A stretch of DNA of 64,000 bases from Lophium mytilinum (taxonomy: Eukaryota): positions 1,943,334 through 2,007,333 of the forward strand of contig MU004185.1 of the NCBI GenBank assembly GCA_010093605.1. Direction: 5' to 3'. The translations under genes were made by a program, and so were the position numbers. The notes under the pieces were generated by a model that saw only the letters and a program-made list of their open reading frames with translations, searched no databases and was not told the DNA's origin. Positions 33,815-46,473 of the stretch are shown here, one piece after another (positions within the stretch are counted from its first letter, which is position 1; every line of letters starts with the position of its first letter).

Positions 33815-36800
33815 ATGCCTTCTCTCAAGGATATCAACTGCTCCGTCGAGCTCGCCGGCACGTACGAGAAGCTCCACGAATATGGAGTGTCATACAGCGA
33901 CGGCGTTGTCGAAGCCTTCATTCCGGTCCCGACGATTCCGAAGCCCTTCACTGTACACCTCACCACCTCGGGATATGTTGCACCTGGTCTCGCCATGTTC
34001 GTGTACATAGACGGCGTCTACCAGTGCAACCGTAATCGACAAGGTCTCATCATTCCGGACGGTACTCGACCAATCGACCGTACACTTGTCGACTTTCGTG
34101 TTCGGCAGAAAGAGGAGACGCGATCTTCTGGCAAATTCGTAGGCCGCGAGTGGAGCTTCGAAAAGCTCAATGTTGGTAAGAGGTTACGGTTCGCAGGTCT
34201 ACCAAGTTCTGGTCTAACGCCACCAGTCTCTGCCGACGAGGCTCCCGATATCCCCCCCGATGTTCTCTACGCTGTCGGTACCATCGAGGTTATCGTACTA
34301 CGATGCACTGGAGATGTCTTCGCGGATAGCCCCGACCAGCTCCCACGCCTGTCGAAGCCTGCGCCAGTGGACCCAGCTCCGAAGGGCAAGAAGGCTGTGA
34401 CGACTACGAAGAAAGTACCACCGGCGAAGTCCGACACTTCAAGTAGCATTGGCGGTTTGTTCGGTCTCTTCGATGGCGCCTGCGATACGCCGCCACGCTC
34501 ATATCAATTCCTTGATGGAAGCGGAGATGACTGGGGACCATCTTACGACAGCCGTCGGGGAAGCCGAAGTGGGAAGTCTAGTTCTCACAGCCCACACAGT
34601 CCCCTCGATATTCCCGATACCTACAGCCCAGAGTGGCGGCACGAATCTAACGACGAGCTGAGCGATAAGATCAGTACGTTAGTCTCTAACCTGAGATCGC
34701 GGCATCATTCTCCGGAAGATGCACGGCGCCGCCGCCCAAGCACGCAAGACCAGCACGATGAAGCGAGTTGGGTTGATGAGCGCCCTCATCCGAAGTACTT
34801 TCGTCACTCGCGCCAGACACACGGTATGCGAAAACATGTTCATTTTGGCGCGGATCTGTGTAATTTGATTTCGAGTTCATTAGTTGACAGCCTGCTAACG
34901 ATGACATGCAGCTTACGAACCATCAGATGAAGTCTCTGGGAGCCGGGAGAGCCAACGACGCCTTCGTGCTCGACCTGCTAAAGTGCCAGGCGATTACCCA
35001 TCCTCCGAGAGCGACTCAGCTTCAGTAGTCATCGCTGCATCCCGTCGTAAATCGGCCGCCACCTCCCACAGCTCAAAGTCTCGGGACTCAAGGGGCCGTG
35101 GAACAGCCTCCTCCAACGATCGCCGCTCGAGTGGACACTGGGGTAGTACGAAGAACGGAGGCGGATCGCAAGAGGATCCTTGGGAGATTGATGACGACCA
35201 ACTCTCGCCGAAAGGTCGCCATGCTAGTGGAGGATGGGGTAGTACTAGGAATAGCAAGGACCAGTCGAAGGATGATCCCTGGGACACCGACAAGAACGAC
35301 GACTCGGCCAAAGACCGTCCGGCGAGTGGAAGATGGGGCAACACCAAGAAAAGTAAAGGTGGATCGAAAAATGATCCATGGGAAGCCGACGACGACCAGG
35401 ACTCGTGGGCGTCTGACAGTACCATCAAAGCATCAGCGCAGAAGTCTAGGCGCTCTCGTCGCAAGTCTCGAGATGATCCAGACATGAAGCAGATCATGGA
35501 AGAGTTGAAAGCGCTCAGGAAGCTGACGGAGAAAGATCCGAAATTTAAGGAAGTATCTTGGAGCCCCTCGACATCCAGCCGTACCAGCCGCCGAACGAGC
35601 CGGACTACCACCAAAAAGACCAATGACGACGGTGATGGCTGGGGTGCAGACAAGAGTGAAGATGAGGACAAGAAGGCTAAGGCACAGGATCTGCACTCAA
35701 CCATTCAGCAGCTCATGAAGCAACTCGAAGGGCTCGGCCAGGGCACCGGGAAGAATGCGAAGGGTAAGACAGACGGTTGGGGCACCGAAGAAGCTAATGA
35801 ATCCTGGGGCGAAGCTCGAAAGTCCAAAGACGATGATAATAAATCGGACACGAGCTGGGGCAAAGAGAAGACTTCGGGCTGGGGAGATGATACAGCGAAG
35901 GTAAAAGATGAGAGCTCTGCTGACCAAGGATGGGGATCCGGGAAGACTGCCGACGCTGATGACTCTTGGGGAGACAGCAGCAAGAAAGACAAGAAGAAGA
36001 AAGAAGAAGTTGACCCCTGGGGCAGCGGGGGCGACAACGGCGGCGGTTCCGGGTGGGGAGCTGGAACTGACGCCACCCAGAAGGAGACCGGAGGAGACAC
36101 TGATGGTTGGGGTATCCAAGAAACTCAGCCTGAAGAAGATAAGAATGACGATGGATGGGCTACTGGCGGCGATGATCAAGCGAAAACCGACAACGATGAT
36201 GGCTGGGGTTCAAATGACAACCAGGACAATGCCAATACTGGTTGGGGTTCCACCGAAAATCAAGAGTCGAAAGAGGACGACGCAAACAAAGATGGCGATG
36301 GTTGGGGAGCGGGCGGAAACGATCAAGGTGCTACTACGGGCTGGGGAAATGAAGATGAAAAGACAGGCTCGGCTAACGGAGACAAACCCGAGAGCAACAG
36401 TGGAGGATGGAACAATGATGCCGGTAATACTAGCTGGGGCAACGATGCCGGTAATACTGGCTGGGGCAACGATGCCGGTAATACTGGCTGGGGCAATGAA
36501 GACAATAACGAGAAGGCCGCGTCCCAGGCTGGCGATGCATGGGGCACAGGAGACAACGACAAGAAATCATCGTCGCGAAGGAGTGACTCCAAGTCTACTC
36601 ACAAATCATCCCACCACTCATCGAGCCGTAAACCCTCCTCATACCTCGCACCTCCATCGACGTCCCCTCGGCCGTACTGGTCCACCTGGAACGCCAAGAA
36701 GCCCACCCCTCGTGATGACTTCACCGACACCTACTCCGACTTATCGGCTAGACCGCCCAAGGCAAAGAAAGTGTACCTAGAGCCGGAGGAACCTCTCCCC

Positions 36801-37340
36801 AAGATACCCTCTTCGCACGCAAAGAAGGAGGCTCTAGACCACCAAGTCCGCGCCGGCAAGGGCTCGGAGTACCACCATCGCATTGGCAGACCAGAGTACA
36901 TGGACCCACTCGAGAAGCCCTACGCAGTCTTCCGCTTCAAGTACCGCTCTCGAGACGCGTTGAAGAAGATCCTGGGGAAGGACGTCTTGGATGACGACTT
37001 GGATGAGATGCTGGTAGAGACGACCAATGAGGGAGATCTTCGAGACAAGTTGCTCAACATGAGCAAGGAGGAGATGGTTGAGGCGATGCTAAGAATGCGG
37101 TCTTCTAGTGGTATGACCAAGCAGAGCGGGCGCTCAGAGAAGAAGTCCGAGAGCCACAAGACGCGTTCGCACCATTCTGGGTCACAAAAGGCCGCTTCGG
37201 TGGCCGATTGGGGCAAGAATGATGACAATAAAGACGCCGGGAATGGTGGTGGTTGGGGAGATGACACGCCGGCCGCGACGGGTGGAGGGGGAGGGGGAGA
37301 CTGGAACAGTGGCGCTCCTGCGCCAACTGGTGGCTGGTAA
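33815..37340 (+). CDS. Large protein with an N-terminal beta-rich domain (DUF7918-like) and a long GW/WG-repeat disordered region
   Basis: FTVHLTTSGYVAPGLAMFVYIDG...VGTIEVIVLRC; introns 34176-34226 and 34824-34911 join ORFs 33815 and 34983 in frame; about 25 GW/WG motifs; late conserved-looking block PEYMDPLEKPYAVFRFKYRS. Confidence 0.8.
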
Positions 37341-37486
37341 ACGGTATTCGGGACGAGGCGGGCTTCTTTTCTTCTACTTGTATTAATGTTGGATCTTTTC
37401 TCTGGCCTCTGCGTATCAGGAGGAGCCTCGGCTTCCCTTCAATTCTCCTCTCTTTCAACCTTCTCGTAGAGTAAGATAGGTTGACT

Positions 37487-37639
37487 AAATGCACCAAATG
37501 CACCAAATGTAACAAGTGTACCAAATGTAACAAGTGTACCAAATGTAACAAATGTAACAAATGCACCAACTGTAACAAATGCACTAAATGTAAAAAATGC
37601 ACCAAATGTAAAAAATGCACCAAATGCACCAAATGCACC
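37487..37639 (+). repeat. 9-bp minisatellite, about 17 units
   Basis: Variants AAATGCACC, AAATGTAAC, AAGTGTACC and AAATGTAAA in tandem. Confidence 0.95.
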
Positions 37640-38452
37640 ACTCGACGTCCGATACCCTGAATTCGCCCAATACCGTATTATATGTCCAAACACACGGATA
37701 TAGGACTGACCAGGCTTCGGTCTTGCTCGCTTGATACCACTGTCAGGAGTGGCCCAGGTAGTACCTACTCGGCTAGTCAAGAAGCAGCTTGATTTGAACT
37801 GTATTAACTTAACATCATCTGGATGTACCCGGCGAAAAGAAGTGGAATTAAGGACGTAAATTGAAGGGCAGTGACATTGCGTTTGCCTATCACGAAAATA
37901 TTGTGAGACGCTCCTGGGGTCTTGAAGACAGGGACGGGGTGAATGTCAAGTTCCAGGAGGTCCAAATCGCATGCCCGGAGAGTGCCTTACGCTACACTAT
38001 CGAAGCACTTCGAAACCATTTCGTGAAAGACAAACGAACTAAAGCAGTAGCGTCATATTCGACCAGTCAGAAAGATATGATCCCAGATTGCTCACCTTTT
38101 GCTGCGCCACTGCACATGCTTGGCGAGGCCGGGAGGGCTATCCGGGATGTCCATAGCGGCCAAGACTCTTGCGACCTGATAACAATACTACGCCCCATGC
38201 TGCAGCAACTCGGGACGAAAGACAGGAGTGGCCCTCAAAATGGTCCCAAGAGGCACGATCCGCAGTACAATGCGGCACAGTGTGAGATATGGGGGCGGAG
38301 GGCGGAGCAATGCCTTCAGTCTTAAGATCCCCAAACTCACCACTTTGTCACTACCTAGCATGAGCACACCTTCAGAATTACCTCTTTGACACGTTCATTC
38401 TCGCTATCTTGAACGTGCTGCTGTGGCGTGCACCTCTTCGCCTGCATCCAAG

Positions 38453-39100
38453 ATGATATCCTTACCACTCTGTGGCCTCCTGGTACTCTTCCTTACCGTA
38501 TCCGTGAGCAGTGCGCGCCCGCCACTTCAAATACCCATCCGCGAAACATGGCATCCACACGCCGGCGCCACCGAGAGGCGCCCGTCAAACCTCCCTTGCG
38601 TCCAAATCCATTGCTCTGCGTTGCAAGGACCACCCGGAGCTCGAGAGTTCAGAAGCACGATGGACATCCAAGTCTACATAGACGGCCACTACGCGTTCCT
38701 CCTGCACGGCGAGAAAAACGCACACCAAGCAACGAGATGGAACTGGCACGGGCTCCTCGACAATAGTGGCGCAACGTGGGACTTCCAGATGAACGGCTTC
38801 TGCGGAAATGCCGAGTATCGCAGGATCAACGTTCCTCCAGGCAGCAATTTGGATCAATTGAGAAGGACAGAGAGGCTTTATAGCCTCACTACTGTCCGGA
38901 GCCACCAGGAGGTCGATTGGGATTGTCTTGACCGCGGGAATGATGTGCTGAAGTGCTCGCTTTGGGAGACGGTCCACGAGAATAAGAAGGATTCGAGTTG
39001 CGCAGCGCGTGCCACCCCGAGACTTTGTTTCTATCGACCGGAGTGTGATAGCCACCAGCGTGGATCTGAGAAGTTTGTGTCAGATACAACCGGTCCTTGA
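38453..39100 (+). CDS. Secreted Cys-containing protein (effector-like)
   Basis: Signal peptide MISLPLCGLLVLFLTVSVSSA; eight Cys in the mature part; intronless frame of about 215 aa. Confidence 0.65.
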   Translation: MISLPLCGLLVLFLTVSVSSARPPLQIPIRETWHPHAGATERRPSNLPCVQIHCSALQGPPGAREFRSTMDIQVYIDGHYAFLLHGEKNAHQATRWNWHGLLDNSGATWDFQMNGFCGNAEYRRINVPPGSNLDQLRRTERLYSLTTVRSHQEVDWDCLDRGNDVLKCSLWETVHENKKDSSCAARATPRLCFYRPECDSHQRGSEKFVSDTTGP

Positions 39101-39708
39101 GAGAGAGACTGTACATGTACCTGAGCAGAGTCGTGGGCACCGTGAATGAGGGAGCTATTCGGAAGCATTCAGATGATACTATATGCTGGCGTAGAACGTC
39201 GGAAATGTTGCGGATAAGATCGCTGACGTCCACAGACGTGTCTCTTCACTCCTCTTATTCTCGTAGTGTATACCCATAATTAGATTCCTGATGGTAGTAT
39301 CAATTGATAAATGCGCGAACTCTGCCTGTCCAGTTTAGTTCGCGAAAGACAGGGGAAGTAAGTCCAGGCTTAAATGGTGCTGGCAACACGACGGCATCGG
39401 CAGGTCCGGCGTCATCTCTAAGTCCAGCCCTACACTTCGCGAACGTTGCCATGACCACATTGCCTCGCAAAGGAAGGTAGATGTGTGAAAGAGGCGTTGA
39501 TGAGTCTTGAGGAGGTATTTAAATATTGCTGATGGATGCGAAGAGAACGGATGGAATCGCTGAAGCCGAAATGAGAAGGAGTCGCGCGCTAAGAATGCTG
39601 ATTAAGCAACGCCTATCTACCCTACTTGCGACGTCTCATTCTTTCCATCCAAAATACACCCCACTGTGAATTTGATAGGCGTGACTGTAGTAGGCCTACG
39701 ACTGATCT

Positions 39709-39929
39709 GATATTCCTCTGCACGGCTTCCGCCCTTGCTTGCCGAACACCACTGTTAGGAGCGGCCCCGCTAGAGGTGTTTAGACGATCCAAATGATGGT
39801 GTAATTTCTAAGGTACGAACTTTTGAATTGGTATTCGATGCTCTTAATTTCAAGTCACGGATATGCCGCTGCACAGCTTCCGCCCTTGCTTGCCGAACAC
39901 CACTGTCAGGAGCGATCCCGCTAGAGGTG
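39709..39929 (+). repeat. Direct repeat of about 65 bp (repeat family B)
   Basis: CTGCACRGCTTCCGCCCTTGCTTGCCGAACACCACTGTYAGGAGCG..CCCGCTAGAGGTG at ~39718-39778 and ~39869-39929. Confidence 0.9.
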
Positions 39930-40492
39930 GTAATCTTCATATTCTTCGAGCGTTCTGCCTAGTCGATTCAAGACGACATAGAAGATGAATGCTTCAAGAA
40001 AAAAGATTGCACGTGAGTTTCAGGCATGTGTACACCTATTCAATGCTGTCAGAGGTGGCCTAGCTAGTTTAGATATGGTGCGTGCCATCTTTTGACTCTT
40101 TGGAAAATGAATTGAGGCACCCATGACGGTCGCGAGCATACGTAAAGGCTTAGAATGACTTTTGGGATATCTCCGTTGTATTATACGCAATGCCGCTATG
40201 CTACTCCCCAACACCAAAGGCATCGATATCGCCTGATGACCGAAACCCAAATCACCAATCGTACATCAACAGCCTGAACTCCAGTTCGTTCACGCAGGGA
40301 GTCACACCAGCTCCAGATCCCGGTCCCAAGCATATCCGCCGCTTGTACCATGAATCACAGTCACTTGCCCTCCTGTTGAAGCCGACTTTCGCTGCCCAAA
40401 GCAACACATCAGGCCAGACCGGCTGATCTTGCCCTGCGAATCCTATCCTCAACTTTGTTAAATGGGTTCCGCCAACTCTCAAGGAAGATACT

Positions 40493-42249
40493 TCAATCCT
40501 CGACACTTACGCCAGCCTTGTCTCCCGCCTTCGCACTCTGATCTTGAGTCTTCGACTCTTTTCCCTGTGCACTCTTCTCGTTAGCTTTTGTGCTGACAGC
40601 AGACTTTTCTCCGGCAGGAGCTTTTGAGGCAGTTGGAGCTTCATCTTCCTCATCGCTCTCCTCCTCAGATGAGTCTGACGAGTCGGATTCCTCCTCGTCC
40701 TCGTCCTCCTCTTCCTCACTACTCTCCTCTTTCGCTTTGACGACTGGCTTTTCACCAGCCTTCGCGCTCAGCTCCGGCTTCTTTGCGGCAGGAATTTTTG
40801 ATGCGGTTGGAGCTTCTTCTTCGCTCTCATCCTCCTCCGACTCGTCAGACTCGTCGGACTCATCCTCTTCACTACTCTCCTCTTTTTTCACGGATGCCAC
40901 TACCTTTTCTTCATGCTCCGGCTTAGGCCCCCTGTACAATGGGCTCAATGTGCTCATCACATCCGGTCCAGGGTCACCCGCCTCCTCGTCAGTCTCATCC
41001 TCACTGCTTTCCTCTTCGTCGCTTTCCTCCTCCTCGCTCTCCTCGTCTTCGTCTTCATCATCATCCTCTTTAGTTGCTTGGCTGTTCTCATTCGCCTTGA
41101 TATCTTCCGGGCTAGCCTCAGTGTTCGAATGGTGCACAGCTACGGGTGCTTCAGAGACTCCACCAGTAGCAATGTCCCTAGGCGGCGCATCGGATTTGTA
41201 CTTGTTGTCCCCAGGCTTAGCTAGGCGTGGTATAGCCTTCATAGTATCACCTGCCTTCTCTCCCTTCTTCCCAGTAAACTTGGCGGTATCCTTCTTTTGA
41301 GCAGATTTGGGGGTATCGTTCTTCTTAGTAGTTGAAGCAGCAGCCTTCTTCTCAGTGGGCTTGGCGGTACCCTTCTTCTCAGCAGACTTGGAGGTATCAG
41401 TCTTCTTAGTTGTCGAAGCAGTAGCCTTCCTCTCAGTAGACTTGGCGGTATCCTTTTTCTCAGCAGATTTGGCGATATCGTTCTTCTTAGTAGTCGAGGC
41501 AGTAGCCTTCTTCTCAGCAGCCTTAACGCCCTCTTTCTTGGTCGCCTCGACGGTAGGGGTCGCGGGCAGCGGCACCGATTTCGGGCTCAAGATACCACGA
41601 GCTGCAGCAGCCTTCGACGGTGTTGTGGGAGTGTTCACCTTCTCCGTCAGCAACGGATTGGTAGTGGCGATGTTGACAGGTATAGGTTTCTTCGCGGCGC
41701 CCTTCGCGGCGGCTTCAGCGCTGAGGACGCGCATGGCGAGGGCAGTGGCGGGATCCTTGTTCTCCTGCTTGGCGGGAGCTTGAGCAGTGGTTTTGGGGGC
41801 AGATGCTGCGCCGGGGACAGGTTTCGGGGTCATGGGAGCCGCAGCGACGACCTTGATGTTGTCGTGCAGTTCGCCGTACTCGTTCCATTCTTCGATCTCC
41901 TCGAGGTCCTAGGACGGACTGTCAGAATAGCTCGTACTAATGATTTGGGACAAAACGTGCTATCCTAGCTCTCTGTAGCCAACGCCTTGATATCATATGA
42001 AGAAGCTGCACTTACAGCAATAACGTAACCCCCCTGCACCAGCATGGGGAGCTTTTTCCCCATCGCCCTCCTCTGAAACAGTTTCCGTGCCAAATCATCT
42101 GTCGCGGTGTCCTTGTACGTGAACGGAATCTTATTCGCCTTCAAGATCGTCTCAATGCGGGATGTTGCAGTAACGATATGTGAGGACCCCGCAGTGAGCG
42201 AGGTAAAGAGGTAGAGGGTGGGGTCATTGTCGAACACCGCTAGCTCCAT
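40493..42249 (-). CDS. Glutaredoxin/SH3BGR-like N-terminal domain plus a Lys-rich and acidic low-complexity tail
   Basis: LYLFTSLTAGSSHIVTATSRIETILKANKIPF...KKLPMLV../DLEEIEEWNEYGEL; one intron; about three 28-aa repeats (AEKKATASTTKKND) and repeated EESSEEEDE blocks. Confidence 0.8.
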
Positions 42250-42748
42250 GATGGATCGCTCTAGAGGGTAGTAGAGCCGGGAAAATTAGAGGAAAGAGAC
42301 GGCGAAGAGGACACAGAATTCAGGTAAGTTCTGAAAAAAAGTAGTGAGAGGACGGGGGGAAGATGGAGAGCGAGGAGGTGTGTTGGCGCGTCGTTGTCGA
42401 GGTGCAACTAAGCTGCCCCACTAAGACCCCTGCGGGTCTGCCTAACCGAATAAGGACGCCAAGAGATATTTCCAGGGTCCACTTCACTCCCAGATAGTCG
42501 CAAGTCACGTCGCCTAGGGTGGATTGATGAGGTCTCGAAGTGGTTAGATGAATACACCTGCAGCATGCGACACCTTATCGAGGCACTCAAACAGTGGTAA
42601 ATAGAGGCTTTTGTATACAGCCAGCATCAAAGCGTGAATTCGTGGAATATTTTCATCAAAAGCGACCGGCTATAGGTATCGAAAACGATCAAAGCAATCG
42701 AGCGACCAAGTATTGGTCGCAACTGTTTTCCTTCCTAGAGCATTGACA

Positions 42749-44315
42749 TTACTGCATGATCATGCCCACATTGCTCTTGGCAGCCGAAACGGCCATCAGC
42801 GCGTCATGAACTTCGAACTCCTCGAGAACAGCGCCGAACCTAAGAATTCAAACGTCAGAGAGCAGGTTCAACGTAGGGGAAGGAAGCTCAACATACCCAT
42901 AACACCTGACCTTTGCCAACAAGTCTCCCTTGATAGCCTCAAACTCCTCCCTCGTGATGTCATAAAAGCGCTCATGCTTCATGATCATCGCCCACGCCAT
43001 GATGGGCGTAATCTCGCCATCTAGTGGCAGTCGGTTGCTCAGATCCAATAGCTTCAGCAGGTCTGGCATCGTTATGTCAGGCATTCGGTGCGGATATGGG
43101 TCGTTGGGAGTGGCCACAATATGCGACTCGGGCGGGCAGGTGGCCATGAGCGCGTGGCCGGATACGTCGGCGTCGGAGTCGGAGGCCCGCACCAGCAGCA
43201 TCTGCATGTGGTCCATGCAAGGTCGCTCGAGACTGTGGGGACACAGAGAGGTGTCAGAATGATTCTTCGGGGATAGTGGGTGGCTGACGGATGGTATGGT
43301 CTTCTCTTTGTTCATGCCTCGTGAGAGGTATAAACAAAAAGATGTAATGAAGGAGAGTCGTTGATGGAGGTGGCAAGGTGTGATGGAGGGAGGTAATAGG
43401 CTACTGCTGGGGTGGAGGAGAAAGATAGGGCGTTCGATCGTACGTCAACACGAAGTCAATTCCGACTTGGTCATAATCCATGCCGTTGTTTGGCTGCTGT
43501 CTGGGATGCGGCGGGGGCGACATCTGCCCAACCCCTTGAACTTGCGGCGTTGCGCTTGGAGGTGATGTGTAGCCGGTAGAGTTTGAACCGGGTCCGTAGC
43601 TGCCGGAAATGCTGCCGGTTGAGCTACCACCGTAGTTGGAACTACCAACTCTGCCGAAGCCAGCGGTACCTGGGCTAGACAAGTCGAATGATATACCGTG
43701 TGCGATGAGGATCTCTTTCAGCCTTCGGTTCTCTTCCGCTATAGCGTCTCGTTCTCTAGCAGTGGTGCCGAAGGTATCTTTTAGGCGAAGTACTTCTTGC
43801 TCGAGAGCTTTGATGTACATTTCTTTACGTTCTCGATGAGTCCTGGTCAAATCATTAATAAGATGCTATGCAGAGTATGGATGATGCCTACCTCTGAGCT
43901 TGCCGATTTAGTTCCTGCCTCCGAGTCAGAGCGGGTTTACTATCAGGCTTGGGACCCCTTCGCTTCGGTGTTTGTCCATCTAAAACACGGTCAGAGTCAG
44001 CACTATAGAGGCTTAGCGACACGAACCTCTAGTAGTCTTCTTGTCGCTGGTCAAGCTTTTGAAGAAACCGAAGTTCGCTAATGGACTCTGTGACTTGGCT
44101 GATTCACTGCCTGCAGGAAACCAATGCCCCATACTCTCCTTTACCGACACGAGCCCAGATGAACTACCCCGTCTATGACTGCCCACGAAAAGATCCTCGG
44201 AAGGAAATTGTCGAGGAACATGAAACGGGGTATGTCCAACCGGTACGTCGGAAGGAGAGTAGTTGGGCGGAGACGTCAGCACATCTGACCAGGGTGGATA
44301 TCTTTGATGAGCCAT
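42749..44315 (-). CDS. flbB: bZIP transcription factor FlbB-like
   Basis: PKRRGPKPDSKPALTRRQELNRQAQR/THRERKEMYIKALEQEVLRLK; GIDFVLT/LERPCMDH; GEITPIMAW; KVRCYG/FGAVLEEFEV; several introns. The start is uncertain. Confidence 0.8.
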
Positions 44316-46473
44316 GGCAATGGAAAGAGATAGTAATGAGACACTTAAAAGAATAGATGTTGTCGCTTGACTAGAAATGAAGGCCCGGAGTACATTATAT
44401 GCATTTCTGTGATGAAAGAGATAGCCATCCTCCATACGAGTGTTGTTGGGATCAACTGTCGCAGCACACGGCCGGCGTATTGAAAAGCCGATAGAAATAT
44501 GATTTTACCCACGCCGGAGGTCTATTCTGAGTTGTCTTGATTCCGGGGAAGACTCAAGACGACTCCGTGCAGCCGGGACACCTCTCAAAAGAGATAACGC
44601 TTGCAGTTCACCCGTAAAGGGTATACAGATCGAGACAATCTAGCTCATAACAGGCTGTCGATGCGGTGGCCGAGCAGAACGGGCGCGAAGATCGCATGGG
44701 ATGAAGCCCGAGGATGGAACATGGACAACGTCGCGCAAACGAAAAGCATCAAAGCGACGGGCCAAAGCATGAAGAAAGAGAACGTACCGGAGCCATTGCG
44801 CATCGAATGCAGGTCGCCCAGGTCGGTGCTACCTTTGTGGTCGGGTGATATAGTTGCCATGCTATAATTCGCGCATTGATCGACAGAAGTCGCTGTCAAG
44901 GCGATGGCCTATCTGAACAGATGTAAGCTTTATGTAGCTTTGAATGTATGGCGCAGATGAAACAGTGTTCACGGGGTGGCGCAGAGTACTGGGTGTAGTG
45001 CAGCGGATCCAGATATCTCAACGGTGAGGGAGTGTGAGGGATAACAGTAAATAGCGCGGACGAATAGAAATATGCGAGATCCCGCACGGTATGACGAGCA
45101 AATGGGGTAGTTGGGGAGATGGACTGGAAAGTAGCATACGTAGTGTGGTGGGATGGTGCAAGTGTAGAATGGAGAAGTTGAAGCAACAACAACACTCACA
45201 CGATAGATGCTGCAAAGACAATGCTTTGAGTGACGCGTTACAGTCGGTAGTCAGGACGTGTGAGAATTTGCACAGCCCCAAGAGGTTTGGCTATTTGGAA
45301 TCCTGGAACATGGGATGGTAGGGCTGGATGGAGTTTGGGTGTCACGGCGGCACAAAATCCGGCGGAGCGCGGGGTTCGGTGCCAAATCCGGCGGCTTGTA
45401 GCCTTCCAGCTGGCCGCTACAGCCGTTGCGCGGTGCCAAGCGGGGCGTGGGGAGGTCTCTCTAGAGGGTAGTCGGCGGCGGATGATGACAGCGTGGTGAG
45501 GAAGCTGGCTGAATTGAGGTCGGCCGATGAAACGCAGGGAGCAGCGAGATTCTTGGCGAGGTGCTACGTGCGCTTCCAACTGCACTCAGGCGTTAGGCTT
45601 GTGGCTTGCAAGGCCTTTTTGATGCACGTCTTCGTCACTTCGAAGGGCTGAGTGCTGCGGTGCTGTGCGTGGCATCCGGCTACATCGGCAGCGGAGAGCA
45701 GTACTGCTGAGAGTGGCGACTGGGCATGTAAGATAGGTGCGGAGAGCTGAGGGCATCGCCATTATTCTGTCAAAGCGCACACAGCAATAAATTATGCAGG
45801 CCGCTGTGTCAGCAGAGCCTAGATCCCGATTCGCATTCGTCCTTCCACCCGCCTTCAGCCTCCCATTCCAACAGCTTTCACCCGAATCGACCCCGGCACG
45901 TGCCTGAACGACCTAGGGAAGATCCTTGGGCCCTGAAATGGCTCCCGAGCCATATGGCTCTATCAAGCCGCCCGCCGGCTACACCAGGCGTGTAGTCGAC
46001 TGAGAGAATATCTAGTCAGTAAGTGCATTTTCAGCCTCAGGAACGCTCAACATCATTATGAAAACGATGTCTGAAGTCTTTAAGTTGCTGGCCATGCCGT
46101 TTTCTTGAGTTTTCACACAGATGAGCATGAACAAGCAGAAAGTACAGATTTCCAAGTAAATAACTCTGTTCTGTAGCCCTGACCGGTAGTCGTTGCACCA
46201 CACCACCCCGTCCTGCAAGGGGTGTCCTTTCCCGTGCCATCAAACATCAACCGTACCAGAACCACTTGAAGCAGAACCCCAGAACTGACAAGCGGCCTGA
46301 CAGGCCTCTCTCCCGAGATACAGCCCTGCCGCCGGGTACCTAGGAACCTCCAAATGCACTAACGACTAGTGTGGACCCTCCAACCAATAGAACCACCCTA
46401 GCGTCGTTGATTATACATTTCCTCACCAGCTTCATCCCATCTCACCTCGTTGCGCTTCCATCTCACATCGCAC

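Noticed and set aside
37105..37780. LVHLLH and FGAFVT repeat ORFs
   Set aside because: They are translations of the 9-bp minisatellite, and one overlaps the real gene in antisense.
37861..38325. 154-aa ORF
   Set aside because: TTG start, no recognisable motif or splice support.
40590..41783. Ser/Phe-rich plus-strand ORFs
   Set aside because: Antisense shadows of the Lys/Glu-rich minus-strand gene.
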